Shown: positions 57,598 through 64,000 of the stretch, piece after piece
Layout: each line of letters starts with the position of its first letter
Position numbering within the stretch: the stretch's first letter is position 1
Assembly: GCA_013336275.1 (NCBI GenBank)
Contig: JAAXUA010000001.1
Location: forward strand, 142,167-206,166
Direction: 5' to 3'
DNA: 64,000 bases
Origin: Candidatus Falkowbacteria bacterium
GTDB lineage: Bacteria > Patescibacteriota > Patescibacteriia > Patescibacteriales > GWE2-39-37
The notes under the pieces: model-generated
Databases searched by the model: none
Seen by the model: the letters and a program-made list of their open reading frames with translations, nothing else
What the model was told of the DNA's origin: nothing
Translations under genes and position numbers: made by a program

Positions 57598-57938
57598 TCA
57601 GGCGTCCGTGACGGTCAGCCTCTTCAGCTCCTGGTCGAGCAGCTGCAGAAGCATATCATGCGGCTCCTTGAGCGATGAATAAAGTACTATCGTCCTCCCA
57701 TCAAGGTGGTGGGCACGAATTCGGTTCGGCCTGACTTGTTGATTTTCAGGCTTGTCGGAATCAGGCCGGATTGGCGCAGCTTGCGAGTGACCTCAGTAAA
57801 GGTCGAGCCGTTTTCGACCCGGATTTCTTCCTCCTTGCCACTGATCAGGCCTATGATTTTGCCGACTTTCTTGCTGCCATTCTTGCTTCCTTTTCTGGTC
57901 TTGATTTCGACTCGGTACTTGATCGGCTGGTCTGTCAT
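57598..57938 (-). pseudogene. Hypothetical protein, apparently frameshifted (ORF 57938-57687 continues in another frame to 57598)
   Basis: SD AGGAGG + ATG 57938; overlapping frame open 57792-57598 without an N-terminal start, ending just before the terminator. Confidence 0.5.
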
Positions 57939-58101
57939 GGTCAACCTCCTGGACATGGGTTAAAAAATGAGCCTATTTTACCTAAAATTAGCATGTAAAT
58001 GCTTATATTGTCAATCTGGCAGGGGTAAATATTGACAAAACAAGATAAAAATGTTACTTTGAAGACCATTTGATCTTTTACTCTATCAGCAAAGGAGATG
58101 C

Positions 58102-58437
58102 GTGATGAAGAAAATCATATTGCTTGTCGTATCATTTTTCGAACGTCTTGAGTGGCCTCAGACCGATTTGGATTTTTCCTCGGATTGGCAGGATCTCTTG
58201 AGGTCATTGCTGACCTCAGTCTTGGGATGGTCCATTATCATCGGTGCGGCGCTATCATGCGAGGCTCGATGGCTTCCGGAATATTTCAAGTCTGATCCCG
58301 GAAACGCAGTTGTTTTCGTTCTTGCCATCTGTTTCGGCGTCATCGGCATTCCGTTCATTCTGATCGGCATGCTCAACCTCATTTTCGGTATAGCCCTGGG
58401 ACTTCAGAACAAGTGGAGGATTTATGTCGGCAAATGA
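58102..58437 (+). CDS. Hypothetical membrane protein (2 TM)
   Basis: Promoter TTGACA-17-TACTTT (58032-58060), SD AAAGGAG. Confidence 0.6.
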   Translation: MMKKIILLVVSFFERLEWPQTDLDFSSDWQDLLRSLLTSVLGWSIIIGAALSCEARWLPEYFKSDPGNAVVFVLAICFGVIGIPFILIGMLNLIFGIALGLQNKWRIYVGK

Positions 58438-58732
58438 TGAATTGAAAAGAGTGCTGGAAAACGTCAACAGTCTTTGCGGGCACAGCCACCCGTCTGTCGA
58501 AAATCAGCCCGGACAAGAGCAGGAGTCAAAAGACCTGAGTTCATTATCAATCGATGAGATCATCAAGATCCTTAGCGGGATCCACAAAGGCGAGTCGATC
58601 GACCCGGAGACTTTGGCTGGAGACTCATTCCACCAGTTCAACAGACACCATGACCGATTCGAAGACATCTTCTCTCTGCAACCGCTGCTTTTCAGCAAGT
58701 GCAGGGAACGGGGCGATGCCTGGACCAAGTAA
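58424..58732 (+). CDS. Hypothetical protein
   Basis: SD GGAGG before ATG; overlaps the upstream gene end. Confidence 0.5.
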   Translation: MSANDELKRVLENVNSLCGHSHPSVENQPGQEQESKDLSSLSIDEIIKILSGIHKGESIDPETLAGDSFHQFNRHHDRFEDIFSLQPLLFSKCRERGDAWTK

Positions 58733-58834
58733 TCATAATCGTAACAATGGTCATTCCGCTTAGCCGCACATCCTAACAGCCCCTTCTTTTCAGGAGGGGC
58801 TTTTTTATTCAGAACGAAAAACCTTGAGTGCTTG

Positions 58835-59479
58835 TTAAGCTGGCGGCGACCCTTCGCAAAGGGCGACTTCGGACCTGAGCCTGAAACGGAAGGATTTTTC
58901 CATAATGGCGGCCAGGGTAATTCCCAAGAAGTCGTATATGATATCGAATATCGTATCGATCGCTTTGAGTTGTCCATAAATGCCGAACTCCTTAGTTTGA
59001 AAAAACTTGTCAGAAGCGAACTCGCCCACTTCCCAGCCAAGCCCGCAAATTATCACGATTACGACTGATATTTTCAATGATTTCATCGGAACAAGGCCGT
59101 ACCGAGTGCGGCCATACGAGGCGAGGGCAAGGATGAACAAGAGCGAGTTGGCCAAGTGGGCGAACTTGTCGAATTGGAAGCCGAAGCGGTAGAGCTGGTA
59201 GAAATAAAGTTCACCAGCGGCATTTATGATTAGAGAAAGCATGATTACGAACCTTAGAAAATAGGCAGAGTTCATACGGCACCCATCTTCGGAGCGAAAG
59301 ACAGATTTCGATATCCAGATAACTAAGGAAGAAAGGATAAAGGCGCTGCCAAAAAATCGCGGGGAATAGAACGGCGGCCACCATTCACGATTACCAAGAA
59401 GAAGCAGGAGGCCGATCGATAGCAGTAAAGCTGCTGCCGAGGTGTATATTGATTCATTGTATATCAGTTTTCGGAACAT
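58835..59479 (-). CDS. Hypothetical membrane protein (DUF2238/VanZ-like motifs)
   Basis: FDKFAHL, GLGWEVGEF..D, DTIFDI. Confidence 0.65.
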   Translation of the reverse strand: MFRKLIYNESIYTSAAALLLSIGLLLLLGNREWWPPFYSPRFFGSAFILSSLVIWISKSVFRSEDGCRMNSAYFLRFVIMLSLIINAAGELYFYQLYRFGFQFDKFAHLANSLLFILALASYGRTRYGLVPMKSLKISVVIVIICGLGWEVGEFASDKFFQTKEFGIYGQLKAIDTIFDIIYDFLGITLAAIMEKSFRFRLRSEVALCEGSPPA

Positions 59480-59608
59480 ATATTTGTTTCTTTGTTTCCA
59501 TAATTTAATCTAATATTAAAAGATTAAATTATGGTTAAGATTCTTAATCTTGTCTTAATCAGCCGAACCTATATTTAAGATATAATTTTAAAACAATAAT
59601 ACAATTGT

Positions 59609-60733
59609 ATGAGAAAGAGAATAATTTTAGCGCTAATCATGGCGCTACTCGTCGGTCTAAACCCTGTCTTTGTCCAGGCAAGGGAGGGTGAGTCCGGAGG
59701 CAATAGCGGATCGGGAAGTTCTGACTCCGGCAGCGGATCGGATGATTCTAGTTCTAGTGGTTCATCCAGTTCGAGCGGATCGGATGATTCTAGCGACTCT
59801 GGCCGCTCATCATCGAGCAGCAGCTCAGATGATTCTAACAGCGGCATGGAAGTCGAGACTGAGCATGGAGTCACTTTCCTCAAGCCTCATGGCGTTTCTG
59901 GCGGCGATGCTGCCAGGACACTGGGTCTTGGATCGGAAGGCATGGAAGTCGAGACTGAGCATGGAGTCACTTTCCTCAAGCCTCATGGCGGCAATCGCAA
60001 TGCCGCATTGGAAAACAATCTGTCAGGCCGGATCGTCTTGCAGGTACAATCCAGGGGCGAGGCCTGGTATGTCGATCCAGTGACCAAATCAAGAGTCTTT
60101 TTGGGACGTCCGGATGACGCTTTCAAAGTCATGCGCGAACACGCCCTGGGCATCACGGATGACAATCTGGCACAGATTGCCCGCAGTGACGAGAACCGCC
60201 AAAGCGGCACCATCGCTAGACGCCTGGCTGGACGCATCGTCTTGCAGGTAGAGGGAAGCGGTGAAGCCTGGTACATCAATCCATTGACTCTTAAGCGCCA
60301 TTTCCTTGGCCGTCCAGCCGACGCTTTCAAAGTCATGCGCGGTTTGGGCTTGGGCATTACGGATGACAATCTCAACCGTGTCAGGATGTTAGTTGGAAAC
60401 GTGGGGCAGAGAAAGTTAATCGTCTCCTTGTTAGCTGACAGCAGCTCTGGACAGAGCGGCTATGCTGAGATCAAAGAAGTTAACGGCAAGGCCAAAGTCG
60501 AAATCCGGCTCTCTGGTGCTCCGTTGAACTCAATCCAACCGGCACATATCCACGTCGGCAACCGTCCTAACCTCGGCGCAGTGAAATATCCGTTAAGCAA
60601 CGTGGTAAACGGCTTCTCGGAAACGACATTGAGCATCTCGTTTGACCAGCTGCTATCCGAGCGGCCATTGGGCATCAACGTCCATAAGTCAGCGACTGAG
60701 ATGGCAATTTCCGTAGCCAGCGGCAATCTATAG
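59609..60733 (+). CDS. Secreted repeat protein: Ser/Gly/Asp linker, duplicated His peptide, two GRIVLQV..GEAWY repeats, C-terminal CHRD-like domain
   Basis: Signal peptide VQA|R; PAHIH...INVH motif. Confidence 0.75.
   Translation: MRKRIILALIMALLVGLNPVFVQAREGESGGNSGSGSSDSGSGSDDSSSSGSSSSSGSDDSSDSGRSSSSSSSDDSNSGMEVETEHGVTFLKPHGVSGGDAARTLGLGSEGMEVETEHGVTFLKPHGGNRNAALENNLSGRIVLQVQSRGEAWYVDPVTKSRVFLGRPDDAFKVMREHALGITDDNLAQIARSDENRQSGTIARRLAGRIVLQVEGSGEAWYINPLTLKRHFLGRPADAFKVMRGLGLGITDDNLNRVRMLVGNVGQRKLIVSLLADSSSGQSGYAEIKEVNGKAKVEIRLSGAPLNSIQPAHIHVGNRPNLGAVKYPLSNVVNGFSETTLSISFDQLLSERPLGINVHKSATEMAISVASGNL
59843..59990 (+). repeat. Exact 52-bp intragenic direct repeat (59843-59894, 59939-59990)
   Basis: Encodes GMEVETEHGVTFLKPHG twice. 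Confidence 0.95.
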
Positions 60734-60749
60734 ACAACTGAATATAATA

Positions 60750-60782
60750 ATAAAAGACGGAGCTTTACGCTCCGTCTTTTAT
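60750..60782. terminator. Bidirectional terminator
   Basis: ATAAAAGACGGAGC-TTTAC-GCTCCGTCTTTTAT. Confidence 0.75.
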
Positions 60783-60783
60783 A

Positions 60784-61016
60784 TTGCTCGGGGACAGGGA
60801 TTTTCGCCTCACCAGTCCGCCGTCGCAGACCGGTTCGTTGCCCCGGGCAGCGCAGAAGTGATTCCCATCACTTCTGCGGCGTTCGACTGCGATGTTGCTC
60901 TGGTGAGCAACATCTTGCTCGCTGCTGCCCGTTCGAATCCCACTCCAAAATAAATAATAAAATAGAGCACATCTGGTGAAGTGCTCTATTTTATTATTTG
61001 CTCGGGGACAGGGATT
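60784..61016. mobile_element. Putative 214-bp non-coding element at the tRNA-Gln 3' end, flanked by 19-bp direct repeats
   Basis: TTGCTCGGGGACAGGGATT at 60784-60802 and 60998-61016; interior made of multiple perfect hairpins. Confidence 0.6.
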
Positions 61017-61071
61017 CGAACCCCGATTGACTGGACCAAAACCAGCTGTCCTACCATTAGACGATCCCCGA
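61001..61071 (-). tRNA. tRNA-Gln(TTG), CCA not encoded
   Basis: TCGGGGA..GCTGG-TT TTG GT-CCAGT..CGGGG-TTCGAAT-CCCTG-TCCCCGA-G. Confidence 0.95.
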
Positions 61072-61223
61072 ATGTTTCTATGATTCTATTGCATATTCGG
61101 GACAAGCCCCGAATATTTTTGTTTGGAAATGAAAAAACCACGAGGTGGTTCATTGCTATCTTACTATATCTTGCCTCTTCTTGTCAAAACAGGAAAAAGG
61201 GTTCGAAAATCGAACCCTTTTAA

Positions 61224-61385
61224 TCAGATGGTCTGGCTAGAGGCCAGGCTATCCAAGGCGGCGTTGGCAAGGAGCAGGATTTTAGTAATCAGTTCGATTA
61301 CTTGAGTTGCCACGTCCGGAAGGGTAGCGCGTAAGACCAAGATGGATAAGAGGAGCGATAGCGCCCCAGACATTGCTTTAAACAT
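61224..61385 (-). CDS. Small hydrophobic protein (53 aa)
   Basis: AAACAT-ATG start context as in core genes, upstream promoter, hydrophobic helices. Confidence 0.55.
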   Translation of the reverse strand: MFKAMSGALSLLLSILVLRATLPDVATQVIELITKILLLANAALDSLASSQTI

Positions 61386-61519
61386 ATGTTTATTATGCTT
61401 AAGAAGGGGGACTATCGGTCGACTAACCGATTGGCGTATATATCCGCAAACCCTTCCAGTGACTGGCGCCTGAAGCGCCAAGCACCGAAAGGTTTGCGGC
61501 AATTTTTAAGGGACAAATC

Positions 61520-61548
61520 AGGATAGCATAAATTTGTCCTTTTGTCAA
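61520..61548 (-). promoter_or_regulatory. Sigma70 promoter
   Basis: TTGACA-17-TATCCT with extended TG. Confidence 0.6.
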
Positions 61549-61626
61549 TCCTGGATGAATTTAGGTAAAAAAATGCCTCCAAGTGGTAAGCTTGGAGGCG
61601 AAAGTGACCAACGGTGCGGAATCAGC

Positions 61627-62394
61627 TTAGATCTGCGCGGCAGCCGGGTTAGCGGCGGGGGCGAAGATCATCTTGGCGCCGGCGACGAAGACGTCGATAG
61701 CGTGATCGATGGTGCTGGACAGCTTGAAGTTGCCGAGATACTGCCCGACCTGAGTCGTGGTAACCGTCTCGTAGCTGCCGGTCTTGAAGCAGAAAGTGGC
61801 CGCTTTGGTGTTTGCGAGGCTGATTACCAGAGTTTCGTTCTTGGCCGAGATCCGCCCGATGGCCGTGATCTTGTGGGTAAAGGAAGCGGCGGGCACTGCC
61901 TTGGAGACCCAGTTGCGCTCGGTGCGCATGGTGGCAAGGGGGATGGAGAACAGCCGGTTCTGGTCGAGCTTCTTGACACAGTAGACCATGTCGTTATACA
62001 GGGTGGCGTCGGCGACCAAGGAGGGCGCTTGGACCATGTCCAGCTTGTTGTTGCCTACGTAGATGTCGGTGTCACTGGCAGATGCGTACCCGGGAAACAG
62101 GCTTTCGTCCAGCTTCTGCTTTCTCATCATCGCGATCAGGTCGGAAGCGATCTGTTTGACATCGCGAGACATCGTCCCCTGGATCTTGAGCATCACGCCG
62201 TCGCGGCAGGTGTGGATGGCCGTGATGATTGTCGCGTTTTTGGGCGCGGCAACGATCGCGACCGAGTCGGTCAGGTTGTTGGCGTCGAGGGTCAGGGTTT
62301 CGATAGTGCCGTCAGCCTTGATAGCCAGGCCGGCAAGGGTTAGCAGGTTGAGATTCTTCGCATCATTGGCAGTAACGATTTTCTTCAGCATCAA
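61627..62394 (-). CDS. Hypothetical protein (255 aa)
   Basis: SD AAGGAG, own promoter, strongly C/G-ending codons; no recognised motif. Confidence 0.75.
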   Translation of the reverse strand: MMLKKIVTANDAKNLNLLTLAGLAIKADGTIETLTLDANNLTDSVAIVAAPKNATIITAIHTCRDGVMLKIQGTMSRDVKQIASDLIAMMRKQKLDESLFPGYASASDTDIYVGNNKLDMVQAPSLVADATLYNDMVYCVKKLDQNRLFSIPLATMRTERNWVSKAVPAASFTHKITAIGRISAKNETLVISLANTKAATFCFKTGSYETVTTTQVGQYLGNFKLSSTIDHAIDVFVAGAKMIFAPAANPAAAQI

Positions 62395-62462
62395 TTATCT
62401 CCTTTTCGTCTGTTGTGGTTGCGGTTTACCGTTGGTCAAAACATAAAAATGAGCAGACTGTG

Positions 62463-62542
62463 ACTATAGCAAGTTATGAAGATACTGTCAAGAGTGTCTT
62501 GGGCTGGGCAATATTGACCAGTTACCTAATATTGGCTATACT
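62463..62542. promoter_or_regulatory. Back-to-back divergent sigma70 promoters
   Basis: Minus TTGACA(62491-62486)-17-TATAGT; plus TTGACC(62514)-17-TATACT. Confidence 0.65.
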
Positions 62543-62683
62543 TTTTACATTGGCAGTTTTTCCGCTCTTTTTTCAACAACCGCTCGCGAGCCACGGCCCG
62601 GCTTTGAGAGCACCCCATGAAAGGAGGTGAAACAGATTTAGCCACACAAGAAGGGGCCTTATTTTACCGACGCAGGAGGGAAC

Positions 62684-63115
62684 ATGAAGCATTCAGCTTT
62701 TGCCGTTTTTCTCGGCATTCTTTTCCTCGGCATTTCCGCCGCCTTCGGCCTTCCCCCGCCGGCCTTTGCGCACCACCATCCGGTGGCGCACGTCCATAGC
62801 TTGACGGCGATCCAACCCGTCGTGCTCGCAGCCGAGTGGCCCACTGTTGCTCCGTCAACCTACGCCGCCATCCCGGTCCAGACCAGAGCCTCGCCCGTTA
62901 TCCTGGCAGCTCTCCGGCCCAACGGCGACGGCAACCATCCAGGAGGTGACCGCGACGCTATCGTCGCGTGCTCGAGACCCGAGCCCCTCTTGGCTCATGA
63001 GAAAGGTTTCGCTCAACCGGCAACCGCATCATCCGACGACCAAGGAGTCTTTCGCGACGTTATCGTCGCGTGCTTGAGACCTGGCTCCATCGACGCCCGT
63101 GAAATGCCGGTCTGA
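62684..63115 (+). CDS. Hypothetical secreted protein with internal repeat
   Basis: SD AGGAGG, signal-peptide-like N-terminus, RDAIVACSRP/RDVIVACLRP repeat. Confidence 0.5.
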   Translation: MKHSAFAVFLGILFLGISAAFGLPPPAFAHHHPVAHVHSLTAIQPVVLAAEWPTVAPSTYAAIPVQTRASPVILAALRPNGDGNHPGGDRDAIVACSRPEPLLAHEKGFAQPATASSDDQGVFRDVIVACLRPGSIDAREMPV

Positions 63116-63410
63116 AGACCCCTCTGGACGAAGTTCACACGTGTCGCCGAATACGGACTCCGCGATATGGGCAGGCACGAGCAGAGCACCACCGATTGTG
63201 GAATGTGCAACCTGCTCCAGCGCTGGACTCTGAAATCGGGACGCATTCCGCCCTGACGTAACTGTCGGGCGCACGACGCTTTACCGGCAAGACTCCGCCC
63301 CCGGAAGCAATTTTTCCGGCCTCACATCAACCTAGCCACCTGTAAACACTTCGGGCCAACCAGTCCCATGAATCAACGATCAGCGATAAGCCGATCGTCA
63401 ACCTCAACCG

Positions 63411-63445
63411 CCCCCGGAATATTCTTCCGGGGGTGCTTTATTTTT
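63411..63445 (+). terminator. Intrinsic terminator
   Basis: CCCCCGGAA-TATTC-TTCCGGGGG then T-rich tail. Confidence 0.65.
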
Positions 63446-63501
63446 AAGGATAAAAAAAGGCCAGCTGGGAAGCTGGCCGGTGAAGGTGCTGGGGAATCCG
63501 G

Positions 63502-64000
63502 CTAAAGATGGCGATTGATCAGGGCGAGAGTTTCGTAGGGCAGGTAGGCCGCATCAGTACAGACGCTAATAGCGCTAGCGCCGATATCAAAGTAAGGCTT
63601 GGCCGCGTCGAAAGGCTCGACCGGGACGCCGCCACCCATGATGATGGGCAGATTAACGCGCTTGGCCACTTCCTGATTCTTGGTGAAGCAGAGCTCACGG
63701 ATCGGGCCGCCGGAAACGCCACCCAGACCGTTCTTCAGCGGTGAGCGCGTACCAGCGCCGAAGACCAGTTCGTAAGGAATGGTATTGAAGCAGTGCAGTG
63801 CGTCGGCCAGTTTTTTGGTGGCGATTTCCTCGAAGAATTCGATCGGGTGCATCCAGCTGACCTTGGCGATGATAATTACAAAGGGGAGTTCCTCTCGGAC
63901 TTTTGCCAGGCACTGGAGCACTTGCTGCATGTTTTTGGCAATCTCTTCCTCGGAGTTGGGGCAGCTGAAATTGAGTTCGACCGCCCAAAAGGCTTCGCCG
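63502..64000 (-). CDS. pyrD: Dihydroorotate dehydrogenase family 1 (5' truncated by window edge)
   Basis: VELNFSCPN upstream of the listed ORF in the same frame; FNTI, GGVSG, IIMGGG, GASAI. Confidence 0.8.
   Translation of the reverse strand, partial: GEAFWAVELNFSCPNSEEEIAKNMQQVLQCLAKVREELPFVIIIAKVSWMHPIEFFEEIATKKLADALHCFNTIPYELVFGAGTRSPLKNGLGGVSGGPIRELCFTKNQEVAKRVNLPIIMGGGVPVEPFDAAKPYFDIGASAISVCTDAAYLPYETLALINRHL

Noticed and set aside
59690..59840. Tandem DNA repeat array
   Set aside because: Explained by the low-complexity Ser/Gly/Asp linker of the secreted protein.
60981..61305. ORFs 60981-61223 and 61123-61305
   Set aside because: Overlap tRNA-Gln antisense and terminator-like DNA; no coding support.
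61405..61520. Assignment as SRP RNA, 6S RNA or c-di-GMP riboswitch
   Set aside because: Lacks the SRP domain IV CAGG/GGAA/AGCA motif, a 5'-3' closing stem for 6S, and the c-di-GMP-I consensus.
61534..62343. 269-aa plus-strand ORF antisense to the 255-aa gene
   Set aside because: Shadow ORF expected from the codon bias of the minus-strand gene, which has the promoter and SD.
62951..63081. Possible CRISPR array
   Set aside because: Only two repeats, a 73-bp spacer and no cas genes in the window; kept only as a repeat finding.
1..64000. Alternative genetic code (TGA=Gly, as in some CPR lineages)
   Set aside because: Conserved genes are intact under code 11 and some end at TGA at the expected length (mraY, pilN, Nfu).

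Overview
Chromosomal window of a small-genome bacterium. The gene content suggests Patescibacteria/CPR (Parcubacteria/ABY1-like), which is an inference; standard code 11 is used, with TGA as stop. In order: the 3' part of RNase P RNA; a surface-polysaccharide region (priming sugar transferase, GT4/GT2 enzymes, rmlABCD, galU); an archaeal-type UMP kinase, SOD and a ferritin-like gene; murA, ctpA and rpmA; an Rrf2-IscU-NifU-IscS operon with an embedded L,D-transpeptidase; a type IV pilus cluster (pilB, pilC, three pilin-like genes, pilMNO); mraY-ftsW-murG-murC-murB interrupted by a Crp/Fnr regulator; a sigma-region-4/HARE-HTH protein, a membrane protein and a VirD4-like ATPase; an ftsB-like gene; tRNA-Thr and tRNA-Gly; an RlpA/S11 fusion followed by ftsEX; then an accessory region with msrBA, orphan genes, tRNA-Gln and a partial pyrD. 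The most unusual signals are non-coding: (1) two tRNA genes whose 3' ends are duplicated and associated with hairpin-rich, integrase-less inserts; (2) a promoter + boxA-like + strong-SD leader shared by the orphan genes but not seen at the housekeeping starts inspected; (3) several candidate structured RNAs. All calls come from motif recognition by eye; no searches were run.
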